Positions 34,122 through 42,599 of a stretch of DNA of 42,600 nt are shown piece by piece; the first letter of the stretch is position 1; each line of letters opens with the position of its first letter. Source of the DNA: an uncultured Candidatus Saccharibacteria bacterium. GTDB lineage: Bacteria; Patescibacteriota; Minisyncoccia; UBA6257; 2-01-FULL-56-20. The position numbers and the translations under genes are program-made. The notes under the pieces are model-generated. The model had not been told where the DNA came from and made no database searches. It saw only the letters and a program-made list of their open reading frames with translations. The stretch is from positions 1 to 42,600 of the forward strand of contig CAZXZC010000004.1 in the NCBI GenBank assembly GCA_964645125.1. The letters are read 5' to 3'.

Positions 34122-35174
34122 ATGCTTTTTATCCTTGTCATTTTTTTACTTTCTTTACTTATTCTGGGCCATGAGCTTGGCCATTTTGTAGTTGCAAAGT
34201 TTACCGGCATGCGCGTGGAGGAGTTTGGGTTTGGGTTTCCACCGCGTATGTTTGGGATACAAAAAGGCGAGACAACCTACAGTATAAACTGGTTGCCCTT
34301 CGGTGGGTTTGTGCGTATTGCGGGGGAGCATGACGCACCCGACAACACTGATGAGGCGAAGCAGATTGCATTGCTCCCGCACGCCGAACAAAATCGGTTT
34401 TTTTCCCGCAAAAGCGCTTCAGCGCGAACAGCTGTTATTTTAGCAGGTGTTGCAATGAATTTTTTGATCGGGTTTTTGCTGCTTATTCCTCTCTACATGA
34501 TTGGAACTGAAGCGAAACTTATTATCGGTAGCGTACAACAGGCGTCGCCGGCCGAGGCTGCAGGGTTGCAAGTTGCTGATGTGGTCAATGGCTTTGATTC
34601 GGCTGAAAGCTTTATTGCCTTTATCCGTGAGCATCAAGGCGCAGAGATTTCTTTGTCTATTACTCGCGGGAGGATAACGCGCGATGTATTGGTGACTCCG
34701 CGCAAAATCACAAAAGAAGGGGAGGGCGCGTTGGGCGTAGTGCCAACATATATCCCTCGCCAAGCGCCAGAATCATTTTTTGCAAGCGTGAAGCATGCAG
34801 CAATAAACACCTACTACCTGACCATTGCCACCGTGAAAGGCTTGGGGGCTTTTGCAGTGCAGTTGGTGACGACTGCCTCACTACCAGAAGGAGTGGCGGG
34901 GCCGGTGGGGATTGTTTCGTTCGCCCAAAAAACAGCGAGTGTTGGATTTGTGTTCTTTTTGAATCTCATGAGCATTATTTCGATAAATTTGGCAGTTATG
35001 AACTTGTTGCCGTTGCCAGCTTTAGATGGCGGGCGATTTGCATTTATTATTTTAGAAAAAATAAAAGGATCGCCAGTGTCGCATACGGTTGAGGCGTGGG
35101 TGAATGGAGTTGGGTTTGTGATTTTAATTGGGCTGATGCTTTTGGTAACGGTAAAAGATATCGTTAATTTTTAA
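34122..35174 (+). CDS. rseP: RIP metalloprotease RseP (site-2 protease, M50)
   Basis: HELGH zinc motif, a PDZ-like middle part, and NLLP.P.LDGG. Confidence 0.92.
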   Translation: MLFILVIFLLSLLILGHELGHFVVAKFTGMRVEEFGFGFPPRMFGIQKGETTYSINWLPFGGFVRIAGEHDAPDNTDEAKQIALLPHAEQNRFFSRKSASARTAVILAGVAMNFLIGFLLLIPLYMIGTEAKLIIGSVQQASPAEAAGLQVADVVNGFDSAESFIAFIREHQGAEISLSITRGRITRDVLVTPRKITKEGEGALGVVPTYIPRQAPESFFASVKHAAINTYYLTIATVKGLGAFAVQLVTTASLPEGVAGPVGIVSFAQKTASVGFVFFLNLMSIISINLAVMNLLPLPALDGGRFAFIILEKIKGSPVSHTVEAWVNGVGFVILIGLMLLVTVKDIVNF

Positions 35175-35179
35175 AAAAG

Positions 35180-35204
35180 AATCCCTCCTAGTTATGGAGG
35201 GATT
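35180..35204. terminator. Bidirectional terminator shared by the convergent rseP and tdk genes
   Basis: AATCCCTCC-7 nt-GGAGGGATT flanked by A- and T-runs. It overlaps the tdk stop codon. Confidence 0.7.
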
Positions 35205-35839
35205 TTGAAGGCAATGCCCGTGTTATGAAAGCTTGGTTTTCCTGGGCATTTGAAACAACCCCAACAGCGCGCTTGGTATGTTTCCTGTCCACCCACCTGC
35301 ACAATAGGTGATTCGTAGTGTGCGGGCACACCGTCTATAAGTCGTTGTGGCACATGTGCCGGATCACCACAGATTGCGCAACACGACTCAAGCACCGTAA
35401 AGTTACCTCCTGGCTTTGAGAAAATCGCTAAGTCAATTGTGTAGCCAAATTTTTCTCCTCTGAAGTTGAGTGCGAGACCAGCAGCAATGATATTGAAACC
35501 CTGAGTCAATAGTTCTCCTACTACTGGTACTATTTTTTCGGGATAGAATTGCACTTCATCAAGCGCAACAAAATCAGGGATGCAATTTTGTTGTCGCCTG
35601 TGAACCTCAAGCCATAGGAATATATCCTCCGGCCGCTCTGAAGGTAATTCATAGGCTAACAACTCATTGCCGTGGTAATCTTTAATTCCATCGCCGCTTC
35701 GACTGTCGATGTCGGGCTTAAAGATGGCAATTTGTTTCTTTCCAAATGTCCTTAAGTTTTCTACTCTTCGTATCAGTGCTGTTGTTTTCCCGGAAAACAT
35801 ACAACCTACGTACAAATCCAGCGTGCCGCGTTTTTTCAT
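35192..35839 (-). CDS. tdk: Thymidine kinase (TK1 family)
   Basis: P-loop GCMFSGKT, LDEVQF, and zinc cysteines C.ICG...R..C..C. An alternative TTG start lies at 35845. Confidence 0.9.
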   Translation of the reverse strand: MKKRGTLDLYVGCMFSGKTTALIRRVENLRTFGKKQIAIFKPDIDSRSGDGIKDYHGNELLAYELPSERPEDIFLWLEVHRRQQNCIPDFVALDEVQFYPEKIVPVVGELLTQGFNIIAAGLALNFRGEKFGYTIDLAIFSKPGGNFTVLESCCAICGDPAHVPQRLIDGVPAHYESPIVQVGGQETYQARCWGCFKCPGKPSFHNTGIAFKIPP

Positions 35840-35957
35840 AAACAATTCTTACTCCTTTCGCTTCTAATGCGCGTGAGATTCGTGTTGATTGTCAAAATCA
35901 AACTCTACTTAGGGTAATAAAAAAACGTGCTTTTGCCAAATTACAGAAAAATACATG

Positions 35958-36026
35958 AACTAAGAATTGAGAATAATGAATAAAGGTTCCTGCATTAAAA
36001 ACCTTAATTCTTACTTCTTTATTCTA
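35958..36026. repeat. AAGAAT/ATGAAT-word palindromic repeat (family 2)
   Basis: Left arm aactaagaattgagaataatgaataaaggtt, loop cctgcattaaaa, right arm aaccttaattcttacttctttattctatt. Overlaps the ABC-F stop codon. Confidence 0.8.
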
Positions 36027-37493
36027 TTTGCTGCTGCCCAATTTTTCTAAATCTACGGTTTCGTCAATGCGAATCTGTTTTACAAATTCGGGTACGTGAC
36101 TTACAAGGATCATGGCACCATCGTATTTATCGAGCGCTTTGGCAATAACAGGCAAGTGACGGAAGTTAATGTGGTTGGTAGGCTCGTCGAGGATTAAAAT
36201 ACCAGGTTTGATAATAACGAGGCGAGCAAATGATACTAAACCTTTTTGACCTTCAGAAAGTAGGCCAATTTTTGTCTTTAAAATATTCGCGTCCAACAAA
36301 AACCCAGCAGCAACGGAGCGCAAGTCCTGCGTGGTGATTCCGTGCGCTACATCAGCTAGACAATCATACACGGTTTGCTCGGGGTTAAGCCCTGAAAAAT
36401 CTTGGGCGTAGTAACCAACACGCACACCTTCGGTAAAAAGGGCACCCTTGGCAGTTTTATCGGCGAGACTTCGCAATAGGGTTGTTTTGCCGATGCCATT
36501 GGGACCAGCAAGCAAAATATGATCTTTTCGTTTTAGTTTTAAATTTACTTTTTTGGCGGTAGCTTTATGGTTTTTAATAACCGACAGTTGGTTGATTTCC
36601 AAAAGAACTCCCACCACATCTTCTTGCACAGGAATGACGAATTGGCGAATTGTTTTATCTTCTTGGCGCACATCTACGACTCCGTCTTCGAGTTCTTCGA
36701 TTTTTTCCTTCATTTTTCGTGCGACATCGCGCATGTGACCACCTTTTTGGGCAAAGAAGTTGGCCTGTTCCTTGCGATGGGCAATTTCGCGCTGGCTGCG
36801 CACGTTTTGCATGCGCTCACGCTCGATGCGAGCGGCAATTTCTTCTACTACCTTCAAGTAGTTACCAACGTACTGCTCAACCTTGTGACTGAATACGTCG
36901 AGGTACAATACACCTTCGGTGAATGAGTTTAAGAAATGAGCGTCGTGAGAAATGACAATTACTGTTTTTTTATATTCAATTAAAAACTTGGTGAGGTGCT
37001 CAATACCTTCTTTGTCGAGGTTGTTGGTTGGCTCGTCCAAGAGTAGCACATCGGGGTTGGTGATCATCGCGTAGGCCAACAACAAACGTCCTTTTTGGCC
37101 ACCAGAGAATTCCTGAACCTTTTTATCGAGGGGGGCATTGAGGTTTACGGCTGCCAACACTTTGGCGATGCGTGGATCGATGTCGTATACCTTTTGGGGA
37201 AACGCACTTTCAAAAAACTCACGCACGGTAAGTCCCATGTGGGTTGGGGGAATGACCTGCTTGGCAATACCAAAGGTTAAGCCATTTCCAATCACTACGT
37301 CGCCTTCATCGGAAGGGATTTCACCAGAGAGGAGTTTTAACAACGTAGTTTTGCCGGCACCGTTTTGACCCATCAGGGTTATCTTGCTGCCACGGCGCAC
37401 AGAAAAAGAGGCCTCGTGCAGAATGGGCTTGGTGTGAGCATATGCGTACGACACGTCGTTGAATCGTATAATGACTTCTCCGTTTAAAGGCAT
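36024..37493 (-). CDS. ABC-F family ATPase (two ABC domains, no TM domain)
   Basis: Two Walker A motifs (GQNGAGKTT, GPNGIGKTT), two LSGG signatures and an Arg/Glu-rich linker. Confidence 0.92.
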   Translation of the reverse strand: MPLNGEVIIRFNDVSYAYAHTKPILHEASFSVRRGSKITLMGQNGAGKTTLLKLLSGEIPSDEGDVVIGNGLTFGIAKQVIPPTHMGLTVREFFESAFPQKVYDIDPRIAKVLAAVNLNAPLDKKVQEFSGGQKGRLLLAYAMITNPDVLLLDEPTNNLDKEGIEHLTKFLIEYKKTVIVISHDAHFLNSFTEGVLYLDVFSHKVEQYVGNYLKVVEEIAARIERERMQNVRSQREIAHRKEQANFFAQKGGHMRDVARKMKEKIEELEDGVVDVRQEDKTIRQFVIPVQEDVVGVLLEINQLSVIKNHKATAKKVNLKLKRKDHILLAGPNGIGKTTLLRSLADKTAKGALFTEGVRVGYYAQDFSGLNPEQTVYDCLADVAHGITTQDLRSVAAGFLLDANILKTKIGLLSEGQKGLVSFARLVIIKPGILILDEPTNHINFRHLPVIAKALDKYDGAMILVSHVPEFVKQIRIDETVDLEKLGSSK

Positions 37494-37580
37494 GGGAAAA
37501 TAAAAAGTGCCGTGAAATTGGCAGTTGTTATAGTGTACCGCACTTCTTGCCGATATGCAAAGCTTATGGTATGGTGTTTT

Positions 37581-37979
37581 TTAGCTTCTTTCACGCGTGA
37601 AATCTGCGCGATTCACTAAACGCTTACCCTTGCAAAAACTACGAGGTGTACATGCAGCAAACGCAACCATCACCGTCTCGGCGGGGTACTTACCCCGCAT
37701 TAACCACATCGGCAACACAAACATGTATTCCGGGCGAGATCGGGATTGAAAAGCCTCGCTGTCCTTGTCAGAACAAACGGCTTCCGCGCAACCCCAACAA
37801 ACCATGCCCGGGCTGTGGCCAGAAACCAAAGCCCGAAAAACCGGTAATGCATTGTAACGGCTCTGATCAAATTGGGCCGTTACACTCCGATAGGGTTCGA
37901 CTCCTTCACCTGCACATTGGGTGATTCCGGCGTTTCCTTTCACAAAAACCAAAGCAGCCCTTACCAGGCTGCTTTTCAC
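37581..37979 (-). CDS. Candidate 132-aa Cys-rich protein (family member Y-minus)
   Basis: GTG start with no SD. The N-terminus MKSSLVRAALVFVKGNAGITQCAGEGVEPYRSV is colinear with micro-protein X, with synonymous codon differences. It overlaps an antisense ORF. Confidence 0.4.
   Translation of the reverse strand: MKSSLVRAALVFVKGNAGITQCAGEGVEPYRSVTAQFDQSRYNALPVFRALVSGHSPGMVCWGCAEAVCSDKDSEAFQSRSRPEYMFVLPMWLMRGKYPAETVMVAFAACTPRSFCKGKRLVNRADFTRERS
37652..37924 (+). CDS. Candidate 90-aa Cys/Pro/Lys-rich protein (family member Y-plus), antisense to 37581-37979
   Basis: GAGG, 5 nt, ATG. TYPA..TQTCIPGEIG resembles X (KYPA..SQCPGESG). Contains CPC-x13-CPGC. A terminator lies 29 nt downstream. Confidence 0.35.
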   Translation: MQQTQPSPSRRGTYPALTTSATQTCIPGEIGIEKPRCPCQNKRLPRNPNKPCPGCGQKPKPEKPVMHCNGSDQIGPLHSDRVRLLHLHIG

Positions 37980-37986
37980 TTTTTAT
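37953..37986. terminator. Bidirectional terminator-like hairpin
   Basis: AGCAGCC-7 nt-GGCTGCT, followed by TTTCACTTTTT on the + strand and TTGGTTTTTGTG on the minus strand. Confidence 0.6.
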
Positions 37987-38039
37987 CAGTACTACCAGAG
38001 ATTCCTCGGCAAGCTTCGCAATAGCAGAGGGATTTTTTT

Positions 38040-38104
38040 CTATTGACCATTGGCTTGTCCTGAGCTTGTCGAAGGGCTAAACCAAACCCTATTGGCTCTA
38101 TTTT
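38040..38104. repeat. CTATTGGC-word repeat (family 1)
   Basis: Contains ctattgaccattggc ... ggctaaaccaaaccctattggctctatttt. Confidence 0.7.
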
Positions 38105-39844
38105 CTATTTCGGATTCTGTTGGCGCCACATGGCGGCGTACAGGCCAGATTTTTTCAACAACTGGTCATGGCTGCCGCTTTCAATAATTGAACCGTTTTC
38201 TAACACATGAATGGTGTTGGCATGGGCTACCGTGGAGAGGCGGTGGGCGACAATGACAATAATCATGTCTTTTCTGGTAGTGCCAATTTGCTTTATGGCG
38301 TCGGTGATTTCGTTTTCGGTGAGTGAGTCTAGGCTACTGGTTGCTTCGTCGAAGATAATAAGCTGTGGTTCACGCAAGAGCGCGCGAGCAATGGCTAAGC
38401 GTTGTTTTTGGCCACCGGAGATTTTAATGCCCGACTCACCGATGCGAGTATCCAACCCCAAGCCCGTATTTTCAATAATCGCCAGAGCCGATGCGGCGCG
38501 CAGTGCGCTCATGCACTGATCATCTGTGGCATCGGGACGCACGAACAGCAAATTCTCGCGTATCGTGCCGGCAAAGAGCTGCGTGTCTTGGGATACGTAG
38601 CCTATTTTTTTACGCAATGTAGCGTAGTCAATGGTGGTGGCCGAGATTTCGTTTATACGAATCTCACCTTCGGTTGGCTTGTACAACCCCACCATGGTTT
38701 TTAATAAGGTGCTTTTACCGGCACCGGATGGGCCTACAAACGCAACGGTTTTTCCTTTTGGTATTTCAAAACTCACACCGCGCAGGGATGCTGCCTGGTT
38801 TTGACTATAGGCAAACGTGACGCCTTGGTAGTTGATTGATTCTATTTCGGTTATGGCGCGAGCGTTGCGAGGTTGTTCTTCGGGCTTTGTATCGAGGATT
38901 TTTTGCACGGTTTCCATGCTTGCTTTGGCTTCTTGGTAGCTTGCTGAAACGGTACTGACTTCTGAAAGCGGGTTAAAGAGCGCAAACGAGTAAAACAATA
39001 ATGAGAAAAATTGCCCCACACTGATTTCACCGGAAAATATAAGGTAGAGCATCAAAAACATGATTGCCGTGCGCGTAGCGTTTAAGGTTGTCCCTTGCAC
39101 AAAACTGAGCGCACGGATGAGTCGCACTTTATGGAGCTCCAGATCGAGAATCTTGCCGATTAAACCTTGCAAGCGAGTGGTTTCTTGGCCTTCGAGTCCT
39201 AAACTTTTAACCAACTCCACGTTACGCAATGTTTCAGTGGCGGACCCGGACAAATCGGCGGTTTGAGATACGATATTTTTTTGAATAGTTTTAATACGCC
39301 TGCCAATTAAAAAGCTGCTCACTCCCACAATAGGAATGATGAGGAAGTAGGCGAGTCCGATTTTCCAACTCACCCAAAAGCTGTAGGCCATTACAAAGAC
39401 AACACCCACCAATGAAAGGAATATGGTGTTTACGAATGTGGCGATGAGTTTTTGGCTGTCTTGCTTGGCCTTGGCAAGTTTTTGCAAGAGTTCACCGGAG
39501 CGCTGGTCTTCGAACACGCTAAAGGGGAGTGAAAAGGCATGAGCGATACTATCCGAATAGAGTTTTGAGCCAACAAGTTCCGTAGTTGCGTTTACGTAAT
39601 AGTCTTGGAAATTTTTGGCAACACGAGAAATAAAGGCAACCGTCATTGACGCAAGAAGGAGCAAGCCCACCCCGCCGATAAATTCTTTCGGTGAGTACTG
39701 GCCTATTTTAGTGGCGTAATTATCGATCAGTAGGCGAAATATTTGTGGATCAAGGAGTGAAAATACCTGGTTGATGGTGGCAAGCACTAAGGCCAATAAA
39801 AGCTGCTTTTTGTATTGTTTGATATAGGAGAATAATAAAGACAT
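38105..39844 (-). CDS. ABC exporter, fused permease/ATPase (MsbA/type I exporter-like)
   Basis: Six N-terminal TM helices. Contains GPSGAGKST, LSGGQKQR and IFDEATS motifs. Confidence 0.93.
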   Translation of the reverse strand: MSLLFSYIKQYKKQLLLALVLATINQVFSLLDPQIFRLLIDNYATKIGQYSPKEFIGGVGLLLLASMTVAFISRVAKNFQDYYVNATTELVGSKLYSDSIAHAFSLPFSVFEDQRSGELLQKLAKAKQDSQKLIATFVNTIFLSLVGVVFVMAYSFWVSWKIGLAYFLIIPIVGVSSFLIGRRIKTIQKNIVSQTADLSGSATETLRNVELVKSLGLEGQETTRLQGLIGKILDLELHKVRLIRALSFVQGTTLNATRTAIMFLMLYLIFSGEISVGQFFSLLFYSFALFNPLSEVSTVSASYQEAKASMETVQKILDTKPEEQPRNARAITEIESINYQGVTFAYSQNQAASLRGVSFEIPKGKTVAFVGPSGAGKSTLLKTMVGLYKPTEGEIRINEISATTIDYATLRKKIGYVSQDTQLFAGTIRENLLFVRPDATDDQCMSALRAASALAIIENTGLGLDTRIGESGIKISGGQKQRLAIARALLREPQLIIFDEATSSLDSLTENEITDAIKQIGTTRKDMIIVIVAHRLSTVAHANTIHVLENGSIIESGSHDQLLKKSGLYAAMWRQQNPK

Positions 39845-39875
39845 AGAATTAGAATCTGCGACGTTAAATTTTTAA

Positions 39876-39946
39876 AGCTATTCTATTTTATGAAGAGCGC
39901 TCCGGGGCCGCTAGGCCAGTCTTACGCTTCATACAATAGAATAGCT
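39876..39946. repeat. Conserved-core hairpin element, copy E
   Basis: 20-bp stem AGCTATTCTATTTTATGAAG / CTTCATACAATAGAATAGCT with one mismatch. The core GAGCGCTCCGGGGCCGCTAGGCCAGTCTTACGC has the same + orientation although the flanking genes are on the minus strand. Confidence 0.88.
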
Positions 39947-40012
39947 TTGTGTGTATATTTTCTTTATTTTATATGATTTGACGATAAATTCAAAAAGGTA
40001 GGAGGAATGAAA

Positions 40013-40043
40013 ACGGGTCGTCTTTTTTATAAGAACGACCCGT
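40013..40043 (-). terminator. Terminator after the 40052-40522 gene
   Basis: ACGGGTCGT-13 nt-ACGACCCGT. Confidence 0.6.
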
Positions 40044-40051
40044 TGGTGGGT

Positions 40052-40522
40052 TTACGCGTGCGCGGCCAGAGAGCGGTTAGGAATATACTTGCCGAGCACT
40101 ACTTCTTGATCAATGTTTTGGACTTCAAATCCAACAAAAAGCTTGTATTTTTTGTGTAAGGGAATTATTCGCTTTTTCTTTTTATTTGGCGCGTGGCAAT
40201 GTACTTTGTAAAACATTTTAATCACATCCTCGGCTTTTATTTCTTGTGATGTTCCTTTTTTCGTAGAGCACCGTGTTTTAGTGAGTGGAATTAAGATGTT
40301 AAGTGCAGTGTTACCTTCTACTACTTGAAACATGGTAATATCCACGCTTTCAAGATACCCAAGGACATCTTGCAGTAATTCTTCGAGTGATTGTTTTACA
40401 TAGTGCGCATTGCGAGTCGCTATGAAAATTGCCGCCTTTACGCATTCGTCGCAAATCATTTCGTTTTCTTTTTTGGCTTCTTTCAAATTACGTAAATTTC
40501 TTCTCAGGTTTCGGTCGCGCAT
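40052..40522 (-). CDS. Hypothetical basic protein, paralogue of 41287-41655
   Basis: AAGGAG, 9 nt, ATG. Shares ..LEELLQDVLGYLES..ILIP..EIK.. with the 41287 protein. Confidence 0.7.
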   Translation of the reverse strand: MRDRNLRRNLRNLKEAKKENEMICDECVKAAIFIATRNAHYVKQSLEELLQDVLGYLESVDITMFQVVEGNTALNILIPLTKTRCSTKKGTSQEIKAEDVIKMFYKVHCHAPNKKKKRIIPLHKKYKLFVGFEVQNIDQEVVLGKYIPNRSLAAHA

Positions 40523-40617
40523 ATGCTTATGCTCCTTATGTGGTATTACCTAGCGTGAGATTTTAAAGCCTTATAGAAGGCCTCTTTACAATTGCTTAAA
40601 ACATGGTACCGCAAATA

Positions 40618-41205
40618 TTAGTGAAACTCAAGTGAGCTTTTTACTATGTCAAAGTCTTTTACAATTTGGTCGTTTGGAGATATATAGGTAACCGATAGAG
40701 TATTTATGGATGTGTTATGGGCGAAGGCGATAGTGGTGCCTTCATAAAGACCAGACCAATGGTAGGTGAGCGCTTCATGGGTACCAGCAATACGCACGGC
40801 TTCTATTTTGCCATCAGGCGAAAGTTTGAAATTGGAATCGTTCGTATTTTTTACCCACTGCTCAACACTCAAATTGTCCAGATTATTTTGGTAGTTGGTT
40901 ATGGTAATGGCTGTTGGGCCTTCGCGGGGAGGGGTTTTGCCTTCTCGCACGAGCCGATTTTCTTGCGTGTCGGCCGTGAGTTCGATTTGGTAGATTTCTC
41001 GCTCGCCGTTACCGATATTTTTTTCTTCTACGAAGTAGCTGGCAGGGTAGGAGAATGAAAGCCCAAGTTTTTGGCTGGTGTATGTTTTGATGGCAGGAAC
41101 TTCATTGTTGTTTATTTTTTTTACGGAAATGGCTCCAATCGCAGTTACGATAGCAATGACGAGCACTGTAATGATGCCAAGCGTGAGTTTGTTTTGCATA
41201 TTCAC
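40618..41205 (-). CDS. Hypothetical N-terminally anchored extracytoplasmic protein
   Basis: TM helix LTLGIITVLVIAIVTAIGAI followed by a beta-rich domain. Confidence 0.7.
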   Translation of the reverse strand: MNMQNKLTLGIITVLVIAIVTAIGAISVKKINNNEVPAIKTYTSQKLGLSFSYPASYFVEEKNIGNGEREIYQIELTADTQENRLVREGKTPPREGPTAITITNYQNNLDNLSVEQWVKNTNDSNFKLSPDGKIEAVRIAGTHEALTYHWSGLYEGTTIAFAHNTSINTLSVTYISPNDQIVKDFDIVKSSLEFH

Positions 41206-41286
41206 AGGATAGCAAATGCGGATGTAATAAAAAGCGAAGGCTACCTTGTTATGGGTAGCCTTTTGGAGAAAAAGTTTTTGCGAGGG

Positions 41287-41655
41287 TTAGGTGTTTTCGA
41301 GCACCAGTTCAAACCGAACATCAGTGGCGAGATACTTTTGTATTTCTTCACACACCTTGTTCCAATCCACCTCCTTAATTTCGCGTGGTTTAAATAGGGA
41401 GGTCGCAGACGGAATAAGAATCTCAACCGTGCGATCCGCAAGATTGACTGGACCGGTTTCCAAATAGGTGTTCAGCAATACCCCATAACCACTCAAAAGG
41501 CTATGAAGATTACTAACAACGTATTCGAGTAGCGCTTGTTCTGATGAACCAAACGCCTCTCTTGTGTTTTCGTGCAGAAGCGTTGCCCGAATTTTTGCGG
41601 GAATATAGTACACCGGAACACACCCGACGCTTTTCGTCTTGAGAGCGGTATTCAT
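41287..41655 (-). CDS. Hypothetical protein, paralogue of 40052-40522
   Basis: AGGAGAA, 5 nt, ATG at 41655. The longer 41736 start lacks an SD. Confidence 0.65.
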   Translation of the reverse strand: MNTALKTKSVGCVPVYYIPAKIRATLLHENTREAFGSSEQALLEYVVSNLHSLLSGYGVLLNTYLETGPVNLADRTVEILIPSATSLFKPREIKEVDWNKVCEEIQKYLATDVRFELVLENT

Positions 41656-41730
41656 GATTGTTCTCCTAAAGTTAAAATGTTCTTGCTGGGCGATATTGTT
41701 CAATATTTTTGTTATAAAGTCAAGATTTTT

Positions 41731-41773
41731 GAGCAAAAATAAAATCCCCGAACATATCAGAACGTCGGGGATT
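41731..41773 (-). terminator. Intrinsic terminator (minus strand)
   Basis: AATCCCCGA-13 nt-TCGGGGATT followed on the minus strand by TTTATTTTT. Confidence 0.7.
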
Positions 41774-41795
41774 TTTTCCGAAACACACCACGAAT

Positions 41796-42323
41796 TTACC
41801 TATTGAAATGCGTGGCTATGGGTGCCAGCAAATCGGTCAATTGGCCGGCAGTTGCATCGGAACCGGCACTTACGATGTATTCTTTCAGCTGGAAGAATTT
41901 TTTCGCGAAATCGATAAACGATGGGTTCTCGCCTTCAAGGAAAAATTCATCCTCGCATAGTTCTCTTTTAAATATTCCGCGATCTCCGTAGGTGAAGCGG
42001 TTGCATCGCCACCGCCGGCCATCAAACGTCCACTCATAATCGTGGGTCGGGTTGTTTTCGGGCCCGAGCCGCACGCGGATAAAATCCTCTTTTACCACAA
42101 TGCCCATGCGACTTGAGGGAGTATCACATGTTTCCAGCGATATGCGGATGATGCGCTGGGGATCGGTGATGTCGATGGTTATGTACTTGCTTTCGTACCC
42201 ATACTGCACCCGCAGCATTTTGAGGTTTTCGGTTTGCGGTTTTACTTTTTGAGCGTTTGCCGGCATAGAGCATGCCAGCACGGCAATGGCGAGCAATAGA
42301 ATACTCTTGAACCAATTTGTCAT
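41796..42323 (-). CDS. Hypothetical secreted protein
   Basis: GGAGG, 6 nt, ATG. Signal peptide KSILLLAIAVLACSMPANA|QK. Confidence 0.7.
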   Translation of the reverse strand: MTNWFKSILLLAIAVLACSMPANAQKVKPQTENLKMLRVQYGYESKYITIDITDPQRIIRISLETCDTPSSRMGIVVKEDFIRVRLGPENNPTHDYEWTFDGRRWRCNRFTYGDRGIFKRELCEDEFFLEGENPSFIDFAKKFFQLKEYIVSAGSDATAGQLTDLLAPIATHFNR

Positions 42324-42424
42324 ATTGTGCCTCCAAATCGGTTATGGGGTTTGTTACGTTACAATAGTTAATTTCAGGTTACTCCTTTCAGCATGGTATA
42401 GCGGGGCGTAAAATGCAATCAGGA

Positions 42425-42452
42425 TTGAATTATTGGCCATTCATGGCATAAT
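42425..42452 (+). promoter_or_regulatory. Promoter TTGAAT-16 nt-TGgCATAAT upstream of the tRNA locus
   Basis: Consensus-like hexamers with an extended -10. Confidence 0.55.
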
Positions 42453-42464
42453 AGGTGGGTATTT

Positions 42465-42493
42465 TGCGGGATCGTCTAATGGTAGGACTCCGC
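42465..42493 (+). pseudogene. Duplicated 5' half of tRNA-Gln (29 nt identical to 42529-42557)
   Basis: tgcgggatcgtctaatggtaggactccgc is repeated exactly. No anticodon loop, T-arm or 3' acceptor strand follows. Confidence 0.8.
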
Positions 42494-42528
42494 TGTTTTT
42501 ATAAATTGGAAATATTAGTTTCCACCGC

Positions 42529-42599
42529 TGCGGGATCGTCTAATGGTAGGACTCCGCCCTTTGGAGGCGGCTATCTTGGTTCGAATCCAGGTCCCGCAG
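42529..42599 (+). tRNA. tRNA-Gln (anticodon UUG)
   Basis: Acceptor TGCGGGA/TCCCGCA (U1-A72), D-arm GTCT/GGAC, anticodon stem CCGCC/GGCGG with loop CTTTGGA, T-arm CTTGG-TTCGAAT-CCAGG, discriminator G. Confidence 0.9.

Noticed and set aside
35174-35192. The switch from + to minus genes as a possible replication terminus or dif site.
   Set aside because: Only a simple bidirectional terminator hairpin lies in the 17-nt gap. No dif-like 28-mer is present, and a single convergent gene pair is not sufficient evidence.
37880-37915. T-loop-like AGGGTTCGACTCCTT on the + strand, suggesting a tRNA or the tRNA-like end of a tmRNA.
   Set aside because: No complementary 5' acceptor strand (GCAGGTG) lies upstream. 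There is no GGGG 5' end, no ..TCCACCA 3' end, and no plausible tag reading frame ending in hydrophobic residues.
37494-37990. Possible RNase P RNA, SRP RNA or a riboswitch in the GC-rich segment.
   Set aside because: GGAAACGCCGG only loosely resembles the GAGGAAAGTCCGG P4 strand. No complementary CCGGCG partner, ACAGAA..CGGCTTA motif or SRP GGAA/AGCAGC motif was seen. The protein-level paralogy described in the findings explains the conservation better.
40007-40159. + strand ORF (MKTGRLFYKNDPLVG.., 50 aa) after AAGGTAGGAGGA.
   Set aside because: The SD-like GGAGG is only 1 nt from the ATG. The ORF is antisense to the 40052-40522 gene and its first codons are the terminator hairpin.
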